Positions 21,309 to 31,721 are shown, counted from the stretch's first letter. The stretch: 64,000 bases of DNA from a candidate division WOR-3 bacterium (GCA_037444665.1 JBBILZ010000002.1:1-64000), one strand, 5' to 3'. Notes: generated from the letters alone by a model not told the origin. Program-made: numbers and translations.

Positions 21309-24300
21309 ATGGTGCTAAAGAACTTAGTAAATTCTTATGCCCGTAAACAAGAATTCATAGATTTCATCAGTATTATCATCTTCACAGTGGGAACTGTATT
21401 AATTGCTCTTTTAATATCGCTTCTATTCTTAAAGTCCCCACTTTATGGTTTGATTGGTTTGATACCACTTGCATTTTATCGTCCTAAAAACTTTATCCAG
21501 CGGACACGAGAACTTGATGAAAAGATGGATGCACATTGTGAACTTATAAGTTGTCTTCAGATTGCGCAGATACCTGAACATAATCGTGAAGGATATTCAA
21601 AAGAATTATGCTCTGCATTTGTTGAGGGAATAACTGAAAAATACCGTAATACAAACATTGATAATTTTATTAACAGAGATTTTTTAGGTCGTGCAGTATC
21701 TTTTCTATGTGTTTCATTGATATTTTTCTTATTATTCCCCACCCTATTTCCAGGACGATTCTGGTTTGCACTGAATTATCAGATTGAATACAATATAATC
21801 CCACAATCAGGAAGATATGCTCGGGGTGAACCACTTGATATAATTATAAATCTTTATGGACCATATCAACCCCAAAAAGTAAAATTTGTTTATCAAATAG
21901 GTCATACTACACATATCACAGATTTACCAGTAATTGATGAAAAGGCAACAAAGAACATTGAAATTACTGAACCATTAAATTATCATTTTGAATTTTTCGG
22001 TATAAAAACAAAACCCTGCACACTGAGCGTGATTGAACCTATTTATCTCAATGAATTGACCTTCCATCTTAAATATCCTGCATATACAAATCTCCATGAT
22101 GAAATAAAAACAGAGAGACAATTGATCGTTCCATTCGGCACTATTGTAGAAGTAAATGGAAAAGCATCACAACCACTCAAACAGGCAAGATTATTATTTA
22201 ATGACACATTAGATTTTGTTTGCAATGGTAATCTCTTCGCAGGAAAGTTCACAATAAAGTCAAGTGGTTCTGCAGCCATCTATATTGAGGGCGAATCTTC
22301 TCACAATGAGCCGATAACCATTTATGCAATACCTGACCTGCCGCCACTTGTTGAAATATTCTATCCCGGATACAACATCAACCTGCCCCCGGATATGAAA
22401 CTGAGCATCGGTATAAAGTGTAGTGATGATTATGGTCTCAATAGATTAATTTTTAATTATCAATTAAAAGAACCAAAAACAATGAATATAAATTTTAAAA
22501 GGGGTAGTGCTGAGGATACAATATTTTATGAGTGGGATTTACAGAATTTAGGGATGCTACCTGGTGATAGGGTATCTTATTTTGTAGAAGTAGAAGATTA
22601 TTCCGGGCAGAAGTCAAAAAGCAAGTTATACTACATTTATTTCCCTACAATGGAACAGATTTACGAAGAGGTTAAAGGAAAAGAAGATTTGGTCCAGTCA
22701 GACCTGAAGGAAGTAGAAAAAACACATCAGGAAGGTGTCAGTGAAATAAAAAGGCTTGAAGAAAAATTGAAGCGAGAAAGGGAATTATCCTGGCTTGATA
22801 ATGAGAAATTAAAAGAGGTGATAAATAAAGAAGAAAAAATTCTGCAAAAGATTGAAGAGTGGCAGGATGAATTAAAAAATACCATTGAAAAATTGAAGAG
22901 TGGTATTATCCTTGACCAGAAATCAATTGAAAGGCTCCAGGAGATTACAAAGATTCTGCAGGAGATTGCACCTGAAGAATTGAAAAGGGCACTGGAAAAC
23001 ATAAAGCAGGCAATGAACAAAAATCCTGAACAACTAAAACAGACAATGGAAAAATTGAAAGAGGCACAGGAAGAACTAACAAAGGCACTGGAGAGAACAC
23101 TGGAATTACTAAAACGATATCAGCAAGAAGAAAAACTTAAAGAATTATCAGAGCGGGCAAAGGAGCTTGCCAATCAGGCGAATGAACTGGAAAATCAAAA
23201 ACAACTCGCAGAAACAAAACTGAAAGGTTCTCTTGATAGTCTGTACCGGGCAATAGATAGTCTTGCACAGGAGATTGAAAAACTTGCCGGGTCCGAAGGT
23301 ATGGAACAGAATATATCAGACCAGTTGAAAAATTCTTCGCAACAGGCAAAATCAATGGCAGGAGATCAGAATCTATCACCCGAAGATTTGGAAAAAAAAT
23401 TAAACTCGCTTGCCGCTGACCTTCAGAAGCTCTATGAAGAACTTACCAGAGGCAGGGTTGCAAATCTCAGAAGAAATTTACTGGAAACATTGAACCAGGT
23501 CATTGAACTATCAAAACTTGAAGAAGAACTTTTAGCAGACCAGAAGATTGACCCGGATATTCAATCCGCGATTGCCAATGCCACAAAAGAGGTTGCAGAA
23601 AGTCTCTATGCCCAGCAGGTAAAGAGTATCTATGTAAGTCCTGAAATTGGCAAGAGATTGAGCAAGGCAATAAAAGAGATGGGCTCTGCGGCAATTAATC
23701 CTGGTAATGAAGGTAAGGTAAATGTGCGTGAAGCAATGAAACAATTGAACCTCGCTTCACTGGCTATTATTCAGGGATTACAAAAAGCAGTTGAAGGTGC
23801 TGGTTCATCCACTGGTATGGACCAATTCTTAAAAAACCTATCTGAGATCACCCAGAACCAGATGGGCATTGGACAATCGCTGTTCAACCTGTTCCCTTTA
23901 TCAGTAAGTGGACTGAGCCCAGAACAGATGGCACAGATTCAAAGGCTCGCGGGAAAACAGCGTGAACTCAGGGAGGCGCTTGAATCATTAAAGGGTTCAC
24001 CTGAAGCAAGCAGGTTTCAGGAAATGCTTGATAATCTTGCAGAAGAAATGAAACAAACAGAAGAGGCATTATATCAATACAAACTTGATAGAAAACTTAT
24101 TGAACGCCAGCAATTGATTATTTCAAGACTACTGGATGCAGAAAAATCTATCAGGCAGGAAGACTGGACAAAGGAGCGCAAGAGCAAGCCTGGTGAAGAT
24201 ATAAAACATGCCTCACCTGTGCCATTACCAGAACAACTGGGCAAGGATGAACTTTTAGAAATAATCCAGCGGGCATTAAAGCAGCCATATCCTGAAGAAT

Positions 24301-24350
24301 ATGAACTATATATCCGTGAATATTTCCGGGCATTACTGGAGCAACAGTGA
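21309..24350 (+). CDS. Large membrane-anchored coiled-coil protein (DUF4175-like)
   Basis: N-terminal TMs, PDLPP..DDYGL motif, long coiled coil, C-terminal P.EY...I.EYF. Confidence 0.75.
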   Translation: MVLKNLVNSYARKQEFIDFISIIIFTVGTVLIALLISLLFLKSPLYGLIGLIPLAFYRPKNFIQRTRELDEKMDAHCELISCLQIAQIPEHNREGYSKELCSAFVEGITEKYRNTNIDNFINRDFLGRAVSFLCVSLIFFLLFPTLFPGRFWFALNYQIEYNIIPQSGRYARGEPLDIIINLYGPYQPQKVKFVYQIGHTTHITDLPVIDEKATKNIEITEPLNYHFEFFGIKTKPCTLSVIEPIYLNELTFHLKYPAYTNLHDEIKTERQLIVPFGTIVEVNGKASQPLKQARLLFNDTLDFVCNGNLFAGKFTIKSSGSAAIYIEGESSHNEPITIYAIPDLPPLVEIFYPGYNINLPPDMKLSIGIKCSDDYGLNRLIFNYQLKEPKTMNINFKRGSAEDTIFYEWDLQNLGMLPGDRVSYFVEVEDYSGQKSKSKLYYIYFPTMEQIYEEVKGKEDLVQSDLKEVEKTHQEGVSEIKRLEEKLKRERELSWLDNEKLKEVINKEEKILQKIEEWQDELKNTIEKLKSGIILDQKSIERLQEITKILQEIAPEELKRALENIKQAMNKNPEQLKQTMEKLKEAQEELTKALERTLELLKRYQQEEKLKELSERAKELANQANELENQKQLAETKLKGSLDSLYRAIDSLAQEIEKLAGSEGMEQNISDQLKNSSQQAKSMAGDQNLSPEDLEKKLNSLAADLQKLYEELTRGRVANLRRNLLETLNQVIELSKLEEELLADQKIDPDIQSAIANATKEVAESLYAQQVKSIYVSPEIGKRLSKAIKEMGSAAINPGNEGKVNVREAMKQLNLASLAIIQGLQKAVEGAGSSTGMDQFLKNLSEITQNQMGIGQSLFNLFPLSVSGLSPEQMAQIQRLAGKQRELREALESLKGSPEASRFQEMLDNLAEEMKQTEEALYQYKLDRKLIERQQLIISRLLDAEKSIRQEDWTKERKSKPGEDIKHASPVPLPEQLGKDELLEIIQRALKQPYPEEYELYIREYFRALLEQQ

Positions 24351-25078
24351 TTATATTTGTTATCTATTTTTTATTTGCTGAAAATAATACAAATATTGAT
24401 TCCTTAAAGATTCTGTTTGAAAAGAATCCAAATATTTTCTTGATGATTGAATTGAATCGCGCATATCTATCTCTAAGAATGTTTGATAGTGCAAACACAT
24501 ATTTAAAAAAATATGAAAACCAGTTTGGTTTTGAAGAACAGGCACAATTGAACTACCTGATGGGAGACAATCTGTTATTTAAGGGAAATCTCTTATCTGC
24601 CCGTGAACAGTATCTGAAAACTGCGGCGCGATTTTCCAGTGCAAACTATGCAAACGAAGCATTAGAAAGGCTGCATTTGATGGAATCTGCACGAAAAGAT
24701 ACGATGCTTCTAAAAAAACTGATAGCAGGTATATACCTCTACGAAATCAAAGACATAAAATCTGCTGAAGATAGTTTAAAAAACCTGGTAAAAACACCGA
24801 TAGGCGATTATGCATTATATTTTCTCTCACTTGTCTATGCCTTTAAAGGTGAACAGAATATGGTTCTCTCAATCCTTGAACAATTGCAAAAGGATTTTCC
24901 TGCACATCGGATACATCAGGCAAAATTATTACTGGCAGAAACCTATATTAAAATAGGGAAAAAAGCAGAAGGCAGAAAGATACTTGAAGAATTGGTGATA
25001 AAACATCCAAACTCACCCACTGCTATAAGGGCGAAGGCAATCCTCTCTTCCTCATCTCCTCATAAAGAAAAAGATTGA
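24347..25078 (+). CDS. Tetratricopeptide repeat protein
   Basis: TPR-like helical repeats ending in ..FP../HPNS; GTGA overlap with the previous gene. Confidence 0.75.
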   Translation: MIIFVIYFLFAENNTNIDSLKILFEKNPNIFLMIELNRAYLSLRMFDSANTYLKKYENQFGFEEQAQLNYLMGDNLLFKGNLLSAREQYLKTAARFSSANYANEALERLHLMESARKDTMLLKKLIAGIYLYEIKDIKSAEDSLKNLVKTPIGDYALYFLSLVYAFKGEQNMVLSILEQLQKDFPAHRIHQAKLLLAETYIKIGKKAEGRKILEELVIKHPNSPTAIRAKAILSSSSPHKEKD

Positions 25079-25136
25079 GACAAGAACGCAGGAAGTAATG
25101 GAGATTGGTTAAAGCATCCATTTTCAACTGGATATT

Positions 25137-25306
25137 GTAGTTGCCTCATTTATGAGGCTTTTTTGTAGGGAAAACCTCTATAAAATTAAAATGCCTAAAG
25201 GGGAATCAAGGGTGAGAGTAGGTAGTAGGTAGTAAATAGCCTCCAGTTTCAACTGGACGAAAGGTTTTCAGACTTCTAATCTATGCCCGATAAATCGGGC
25301 AACTAC
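25137..25306. repeat. Pair of GTAGTTGCC REP arms enclosing mosaic repeat modules
   Basis: Arms at 25137-25158 and 25283-25306; the interior has the 10-mer, 7-mer and tccagtttcaactgga hairpin modules also seen at 2895-3026. Confidence 0.8.
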
Positions 25307-25398
25307 ATTTTGCAATGGAACCTTCAAAGAAAATTCTCTTAATAGATATTGACATTAATTTAAAAATATATATAATCGTTCACTAATAAGGAGGCAAA

Positions 25399-25605
25399 AT
25401 GGCTTATAAGATTACCGAAGATTGCACAGCCTGTGGTCTTTGTGCACCTGAATGTCCGGTTCAGGCGATAAGTGAAGGTGACCCAATTTATGTGATTGAT
25501 TTCAATAAGTGTGTGGAGTGTGTGGGACATTTTGATGAACCGCAATGTGCTTCAGTCTGTCCGGTCGGTGCCTGCGTTCCTGACCCAGAACATCCTAAAA
25601 AATAG
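25399..25605 (+). CDS. 2x[4Fe-4S] ferredoxin (YfhL-like)
   Basis: CTACGLC...ECP and [18 protein letters not shown]. Confidence 0.93.
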   Translation: MAYKITEDCTACGLCAPECPVQAISEGDPIYVIDFNKCVECVGHFDEPQCASVCPVGACVPDPEHPKK

Positions 25606-25761
25606 TCAGTGGGTATTGGGTTGGGACGCTGGTTAATACTGTCTCTAAAATTAGGATTGACAAATAGATAAAAGTGGGTATAATGTTTAGGTTAAGGCGT
25701 TTTATTTTGGTGAGACTGAAACGAGCGTCTATGCCCAATAACCATAGACCATTTTTAATAG

Positions 25762-25835
<74 letters not shown>

Positions 25836-25838
25836 GTT

Positions 25839-25904
25839 GGCTACCCCGTAGCGGTGCGATTTATCGCACATCGGCTACCCCGTAGCGGTGCGATTTATCG
25901 CACA
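25839..25904 (+). repeat. 32-bp tandem duplication carrying a GTAG REP-like hairpin
   Basis: ggctaccccgtagcggtgcgatttatcgcaca at 25839-25870 and 25873-25904. Confidence 0.9.
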
Positions 25905-25933
25905 ATATAAGCGAGTAAACAAGGAGGTAATAT

Positions 25934-26206
25934 ATGAAAAAACTCGCAACACTACTGATTATCGCAATTGCCCTTACGGTAATCGGTTGTCAGCCACCAC
26001 AACAACAGAATGTGGTGACAACAGAGCAACTGGATGCAGTGAAGCAGGAACTGAGCACGCTGAAGAGCGATTTTGCTACGCTGAAGGCTGACTTTGATTC
26101 ATTAAAGGCAAACTATACTGCGCATCTTGATAAATATCACAAAGCAATGCCCAAACCACCAAGCGGTGGAACAGGTGGTGGTCTAAAACCACCGACCCAG
26201 AAGTGA
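25934..26206 (+). CDS. Small coiled-coil lipoprotein
   Basis: AAGGAGG RBS, signal peptide with VIGC lipobox, heptad repeats. Confidence 0.8.
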   Translation: MKKLATLLIIAIALTVIGCQPPQQQNVVTTEQLDAVKQELSTLKSDFATLKADFDSLKANYTAHLDKYHKAMPKPPSGGTGGGLKPPTQK

Positions 26207-26217
26207 AGGAGGAAAAA

Positions 26218-26991
26218 ATGAAGAGACTATTACCCATAGCACTAATTTTTGCCTTTATTGCATTTTTTGGTTGCGAAGAAACTCCAACCTTAGAAGCACC
26301 TGATGTTACTTATACTGTATCTACTTCTGACCAGGGTGGAACACTCAATCTCTCCTGGGTTGAAATTACTGATGCAGATGGATATATTATTTATGCTGAT
26401 GGTGTTGTAATTGACACGGTGACAACAACATCTTATGATGCAACAACACCCGCTGCACTGTATGAAGTAGCAGCCTATGCTGGTGATGAAGTAGGTGCCA
26501 AGGACCAGATTGATTGTGGTGCAGTTGAAACAGCATCATTGATAGTATATGGCAGTTCAGATCCTGATACCACCCATCCCAGTGGATTTGGTTTCAATGC
26601 CCAGGGAACTGCGGTTGCCTATTCAATTTCCAACCAAAATAATTGGCCATTGCTTGATTACTGGATTTACAGCTCTGGCTCAATAATCAGGTTTGTATCA
26701 CCAAGCGACGCACCCACACCATTTAATAACGAAGTGAATGTTACCAAAAATAGTGGCCAGTCAAATTATGACGATGTCACAATTGCTGATGCCCCTGGTG
26801 GATATTCCACCCAAACCGATGTAGTTAGTGGAGCAGTCTATTATTTCTGGATTGACCCTAACAATGACGGCTGGGATGCATCTACTGACCATTTTGGTAA
26901 GATCTATGTCAGTGGCATAAATGGTGTAGCAGTTACTATGACGATTGCCTATCAGCCGATTGCTGGTCTGCGCTGGTGCGTAGCGCCGTAA
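26218..26991 (+). CDS. Surface lipoprotein, unknown function
   Basis: GGAGG then ATG 26218; FFGC lipobox; acidic, T/S-rich beta domains. Confidence 0.8.
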   Translation: MKRLLPIALIFAFIAFFGCEETPTLEAPDVTYTVSTSDQGGTLNLSWVEITDADGYIIYADGVVIDTVTTTSYDATTPAALYEVAAYAGDEVGAKDQIDCGAVETASLIVYGSSDPDTTHPSGFGFNAQGTAVAYSISNQNNWPLLDYWIYSSGSIIRFVSPSDAPTPFNNEVNVTKNSGQSNYDDVTIADAPGGYSTQTDVVSGAVYYFWIDPNNDGWDASTDHFGKIYVSGINGVAVTMTIAYQPIAGLRWCVAP

Positions 26992-27009
26992 GATAGAAAA
27001 AAACTTAAA

Positions 27010-27038
27010 CAAAAGGGCGGGCAAAGCCCGCCCTTTTG
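27010..27038 (+). terminator. Intrinsic terminator
   Basis: caaaagggcgggc-aaa-gcccgcccttttg. Confidence 0.85.
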
Positions 27039-27040
27039 TT

Positions 27041-27077
27041 TTGCAACATTTTTACGGCAGGCAGAAATGTGTTGCAA
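27041..27077. repeat. Stand-alone copy of the hairpin flanking the RAYT gene
   Basis: Reverse complement ttgcaacacatttctgcctgccgtaaaaatgttgcaa resembles aatcaacattttcctgcctgccagaaaagtgttgatt at about 51565. Confidence 0.65.
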
Positions 27078-27168
27078 TAATCTTTGCAGTCAGACTATGA
27101 AGATAGAAGAGGGCAAGGCTTTAGCCTTTTTGAGTCCTTTTATTTATCCTGCATTATTCATACTCAAT

Positions 27169-27266
27169 GTCATTGCGAGCCTTTGCCGAAGGCAAAGGCG
27201 TGGCCATCTCTGAACTGTGCGATAACAGATGAGATTGCTTCGGCAACTGCATTGCCTCGCAATGAC
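27169..27266. repeat. GTCATTGCGAG...CTCGCAATGAC palindromic element
   Basis: 11-bp terminal inverted repeats with internal hairpins (gcctttgcc-gaa-ggcaaaggc; atctc...gagat). Confidence 0.8.
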
Positions 27267-27571
27267 GAGGAAAAAAACAGAGTGTCAAAAATTTTTTCTT
27301 GCTGAAAAGTACTGTAGACCAGTTCTGGGACTGCACCAGGACGAATCCTGACCTGTCGTCAGGACAGGTTTAGCCAAAAATAGTATGAATAATCCGGGTT
27401 ATATGCCCTAATAATCGCCTGCAATGTCATCCTCTTGACTTCAAAAGAATATTTATTATAATTGGCTGTGATTAAAGCCAATTGCCGGAACCGAAAAATT
27501 CTTTTTTCATTATTACCTAATAATCTTTGCATTAATAACGCAAAGATTATTAAAATCTTTGCAGTCAAATT

Positions 27572-28849
27572 ATGAAGATAGAAGAGTTGAAAAACATTAT
27601 TAGAGACCAAGCCGAGGAAATAAAAGAAAAATTTGAGAATGAGTATATTGTGCCTAGAGAAGTTGGCAATAACGAACTGTTGAAATCAAATGTCCTTGTT
27701 ATAACTGGCATAAGAAGGGCTGGAAAATCAATTTTAGCCCATTTGTTGTTTAAAGACAAGAAATATGCATATATAAATTTTGATGATGAAAGGCTCTTCG
27801 GTATTAAGACTCAAGAACTAAATAAAATTCTGGAGGCATTTTATCAACTTTATGGTGAGGTAAGGTATATTATTTTGGATGAACCCCAGAATGTTATCGG
27901 CTGGGAATTATTTGTTAATCGGCTTCAGAAAAATAAAAAAGTCATTATCACGGGCAGTAATGCGAAGTTACTCAGTAAAGAATTGGCAACTCATCTAACT
28001 GGTAGATATATTGATGTCACTTTATACCCTTTTTCATTCAGGGAGTTCTTAGTCTATAAAAAATATAAACCAGATTTGTATTTGACATCCTCTATTGCCC
28101 AGACAAAGCGTTTTTTGAGTGAATATATGGAAATTGGAGGTTTACCCGAATCTGTTATGGTCGGAAGAAGATATGTATTAAAATTATACGAGGATATTAT
28201 AAATAAAGATATAATTTCAAGATACAGAATAAAGTATGTGAGGACATTGAAAGAATTGACGAAATACCTCGTTTCCAATTTCTCCTCTGAATTTACTTAT
28301 CACAAACTTAAAAAATTTTTTGATATCAAAAGTGTTCACACGATAAAAAATTATATTGATTTTTTAGAGATATCATATCTAATCTTCAAATTGGAGCGTT
28401 TCTCATATAAGTTAAAAGAACAGGTCCTTGCCCCAAAAAAGATCTATGTAGTAGACCCCGGAATTGCGAATGTTGGTTTTAGATTCTCAAAAGACTATGG
28501 GCGATTGATGGAGAATGTGGTAGCAATAGAACTTATGAGACAAAAGGCACTAAATCCCTTATATGAAATCTACTATTGGAAAGATTATCAACAGCACGAG
28601 GTAGATTTCGTAATAAAACAAAATTTGCAAGTAAAAGGACTTATTCAGGTCTGTTACAATCTGGAGGATTACATTACAAGAGAAAGGGAAACAAACTCGT
28701 TGGTCAGGGCAAGCAAAGAATTAAGGTGTAAAAATTTGCTAATTATTACAGACGAATATGAATCTGAAGAAATTATAAATAAAAAAAGAATAATGTTTAT
28801 TCCACTATGGAAGTGGCTTTTAGAGATTCCACAAAAATTCGGGGATTGA
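27572..28849 (+). CDS. AAA+ ATPase, AAA_14/DUF4143 family
   Basis: GIRRAGKS, YINFDDER, ILDEPQ, ITGSNAKLLS, KKIYVVDPG, LMENVV, EVDF. Confidence 0.92.
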   Translation: MKIEELKNIIRDQAEEIKEKFENEYIVPREVGNNELLKSNVLVITGIRRAGKSILAHLLFKDKKYAYINFDDERLFGIKTQELNKILEAFYQLYGEVRYIILDEPQNVIGWELFVNRLQKNKKVIITGSNAKLLSKELATHLTGRYIDVTLYPFSFREFLVYKKYKPDLYLTSSIAQTKRFLSEYMEIGGLPESVMVGRRYVLKLYEDIINKDIISRYRIKYVRTLKELTKYLVSNFSSEFTYHKLKKFFDIKSVHTIKNYIDFLEISYLIFKLERFSYKLKEQVLAPKKIYVVDPGIANVGFRFSKDYGRLMENVVAIELMRQKALNPLYEIYYWKDYQQHEVDFVIKQNLQVKGLIQVCYNLEDYITRERETNSLVRASKELRCKNLLIITDEYESEEIINKKRIMFIPLWKWLLEIPQKFGD

Positions 28850-28901
28850 AAATAAATCCATTTATTATTGACAATCAAAAAAACTTTGTTATACTTAAAA
28901 T

Positions 28902-30542
28902 GTGAAGATTACACTTGCTCAGTTAAATCCAGTAGTTGGTAATATTGATGGAAATTTAAAATTAATTTTTGACACAGTTAAACAGGCAAGTAATGAAAAA
29001 ACAGACCTCGTTGTCTTTCCTGAACTCTTTCTCTGCGGCTATCCACCCCAGGATTTGCTTGAAAGAAAATGGTTTATCAAAAGGATTGAGCAAGCAATAG
29101 AAGAGGTTGTAAAAATATCTTCATATTATCCTGATACAGGCATCATCTTTGGTGCACCAACATTTTCTTATAAAAATACGGGCCGCGGACTCTACAACTC
29201 TGCAATCTTTGTGTATCGGGGATTGATTAACCATATCCAGCACAAATCCCTTTTGCCCACTTATGATGTATTTGATGAGGCAAGATACTTTGACCCTGGC
29301 ACAGAGATTATACCAGTCCAGTTCAAGAACGAAATGCTCGGCATTTCTATCTGTGAAGATGCCTGGAATATTCCAGAATTGTGGCAGAGACAGTTCTATG
29401 ACCTTGACCCGATAAAGATAATTGCACAAAAGGGTGCAACACTGCTAATTAATATCTCTGCATCACCCTTTACTGTGGGCAAAGAAGAGATTCGTTTTCG
29501 TATTTTACAGGCACATGCAAAAAAGTATAAAATACCGGTTGTCTTTGTAAATCAAATCGGCGCAAATGATGAATTGATATTTGATGGCAGGAGTATATTT
29601 ATAGATAGAAATGGTTTACCAATTGATGTCCTGCCTCCTTTTGTGGAATCTGTAAGAACAATAGAAATAAATACTGCAGGAAAAGAAAACAATTACCAGG
29701 CACAGGAGCATATTGAAAGCGTTTATCAGGCACTCGTCCTGGGTGTGCGTGACTATTTGAAAAAATGCGGTTTTAAAAAGGTAATCATAGGGCTCTCTGG
29801 AGGCATTGATTCTGCACTCGTTGCCTGCATTGCGGTTGAGGCAATTGGCGCAGACAATGTCCTTGGTGTAACTATGCCCGGACCTTATTCTTCAAAAGGT
29901 AGTTTTTTAGATTCTGAAAAACTTGCGGAAAATCTTGGCATTGAAATCAAAAACATTTCAATAAACAATATTTATAATACTTATCTTGAAACCCTGAAGA
30001 GTGAATTCAAGAATAAAAAAACAGACATAACTGAAGAGAATATTCAGGCAAGAATCCGTGGCAATATCCTGATGGCACTTTCTAATAAATTTGGTTATCT
30101 TGTTTTGACAACAGGGAACAAGAGTGAACTTGCAGTTGGATATTGCACACTATATGGTGATATGAGTGGAGGTCTTGCCGTGATTTCTGATGTGCCTAAG
30201 ACAATGGTCTATAAAATTGCCCGATATGTCAATCGCAAAAAAGAGATAATCCCTGAAGCGATAATAAAAAAGCCACCTTCAGCCGAACTCAAGCCAAATC
30301 AACTTGACCAGGATACGCTCCCACCTTATGAAATTCTTGACCCTATACTACAATTATACATTGAAGAAGGATTATCAAGAGATGAGATTATAACACAGGG
30401 ATTCAAACCTGAAACTGTGGACTGGGTCATAAAGACCGTAAATAGAAATGAATATAAGAGGCGCCAGGCACCACCCGGTTTAAAAGTGACTTCAAAGGCA
30501 TTTGGTCTGGGCAGAAGGATGCCCATCGCCGCAAAATTTTGA
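28902..30542 (+). CDS. nadE: Glutamine-dependent NAD+ synthetase
   Basis: Nitrilase domain (FPEL, ICED) plus GLSGGIDS, ENIQARIRG, TGNKSE, PPSAEL, EYKRRQAPP. Confidence 0.96.
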   Translation: MKITLAQLNPVVGNIDGNLKLIFDTVKQASNEKTDLVVFPELFLCGYPPQDLLERKWFIKRIEQAIEEVVKISSYYPDTGIIFGAPTFSYKNTGRGLYNSAIFVYRGLINHIQHKSLLPTYDVFDEARYFDPGTEIIPVQFKNEMLGISICEDAWNIPELWQRQFYDLDPIKIIAQKGATLLINISASPFTVGKEEIRFRILQAHAKKYKIPVVFVNQIGANDELIFDGRSIFIDRNGLPIDVLPPFVESVRTIEINTAGKENNYQAQEHIESVYQALVLGVRDYLKKCGFKKVIIGLSGGIDSALVACIAVEAIGADNVLGVTMPGPYSSKGSFLDSEKLAENLGIEIKNISINNIYNTYLETLKSEFKNKKTDITEENIQARIRGNILMALSNKFGYLVLTTGNKSELAVGYCTLYGDMSGGLAVISDVPKTMVYKIARYVNRKKEIIPEAIIKKPPSAELKPNQLDQDTLPPYEILDPILQLYIEEGLSRDEIITQGFKPETVDWVIKTVNRNEYKRRQAPPGLKVTSKAFGLGRRMPIAAKF

Positions 30543-30768
30543 TTTATTATAGCGAATTACCCTTTCTAAATCGCAATTGAATGTATAATCTAAAAATGAC
30601 ATCATGAGATGACTCCTTGATTAGCCTTTAGATTTTCAGGTATTTTAAAATGCTTCACGGGGCTTAAGTCCTTACCCCATTTTTACATAGATTGGAATAG
30701 AGGCTTTAGCCTCGTGGGATATTGACAGAAATTAAATTTTGGATATATTTTACCATCAAGGAGGATGC

Positions 30769-31101
30769 ATGAAGTTCTATATCGCTCTTTTGATGCTGGG
30801 GATAGTATTATTCAGTAATTGTGGCACAGTATTGGTCAATGCCCCGGCAAAAGAAGATGTCCGGCTAATGTCCGAAACAGAAGCCTCATCTTTTAAAACC
30901 AAAATGAAATGCTGGTATGTACTCTGGGGATTGGTGCCGATTTCCAATAACTCAACTGCTGATATCATCGCCAAACATCAACTGAAAAATACACGGGTAA
31001 AGACTTATTACTCTTTTGTCGATTTTCTAATCAACATGGTTCTCGGTTCATTCACTATCTATACGAACACGGTAGAGATTGAAGGTAATGTATCTAAGTA
31101 G
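30769..31101 (+). CDS. Bor-like lipoprotein
   Basis: FSNC lipobox, W..LWGLVP and TVEIEG pattern; AGGAGG RBS. Confidence 0.65.
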   Translation: MKFYIALLMLGIVLFSNCGTVLVNAPAKEDVRLMSETEASSFKTKMKCWYVLWGLVPISNNSTADIIAKHQLKNTRVKTYYSFVDFLINMVLGSFTIYTNTVEIEGNVSK

Positions 31102-31118
31102 CAATAGAGAAAATCATT

Positions 31119-31150
31119 AAAAAAGGGCAGGCAATTGCCTGCCCTTTTTT
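31119..31150. terminator. Bidirectional intrinsic terminator
   Basis: aaaaaagggcaggc-aatt-gcctgccctttttt between convergent genes. Confidence 0.9.
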
Positions 31151-31163
31151 GTTTTACTCTTTT

Positions 31164-31643
31164 TTATAGTCCGAGTTTCAATGGGATTCTGATGCCACCC
31201 ATAACATTTATCGGCATATATGAGTTACCAACTTCAGGCGAAACGAAATTGAGATTCCCTTCTACATAGCCACTCATATTTCCGAAACCCATCTCTGCAC
31301 CAAGACCACCTTTAAATGTCATATAGGCATCTTTTACAAACCAGAACCCAGCAACCACATAAGGCTGGACTGGTGCAGCCATAGGTATGCTAATCAGCAG
31401 GTCAGAACCAGTAAAAGTTCCGAAATGCATAGGCGTACCTTCGCTGAAATCCACTTCAACAAGGTATCCTCTTGCCTTTAAGATTGGAAGAAGACCTATA
31501 ATCACATCTGCCTTTACTCCAAAGTATGCGCCTCCACCATATTCATCAGTAACATCCTGATAAGCACCGCTGAGGCTGAGTGTTAAACCATACAACCCAC
31601 TCAGCATTGTTGCCACTACTGTAATGGCAAATAGTTTCTTCAT
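31164..31643 (-). CDS. Small outer-membrane beta-barrel protein
   Basis: Signal peptide, alternating amphipathic strands (QPYVVAG, GGLGAE, GGIRI). Confidence 0.65.
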   Translation of the reverse strand: MKKLFAITVVATMLSGLYGLTLSLSGAYQDVTDEYGGGAYFGVKADVIIGLLPILKARGYLVEVDFSEGTPMHFGTFTGSDLLISIPMAAPVQPYVVAGFWFVKDAYMTFKGGLGAEMGFGNMSGYVEGNLNFVSPEVGNSYMPINVMGGIRIPLKLGL

Positions 31644-31721
31644 TAGAAACCTCCTTTCGGCTCAAATTATATATATAATTCGCTTTTTGTCAAGTAGATT
31701 TTGCATTAGGCAAAAATGTTG

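Noticed and set aside
25839..25904. CRISPR repeat or prophage att site after tRNA-Ile
   Set aside because: Copies are 2 bp apart, do not duplicate the tRNA 3' end, and no integrase is present.
30654..30718. cacggggcttaag / gaggctttagcctcgtggg, resembling IS200/IS605-type end hairpins
   Set aside because: Too short and degenerate, no associated transposase or TnpB, and no second copy seen.
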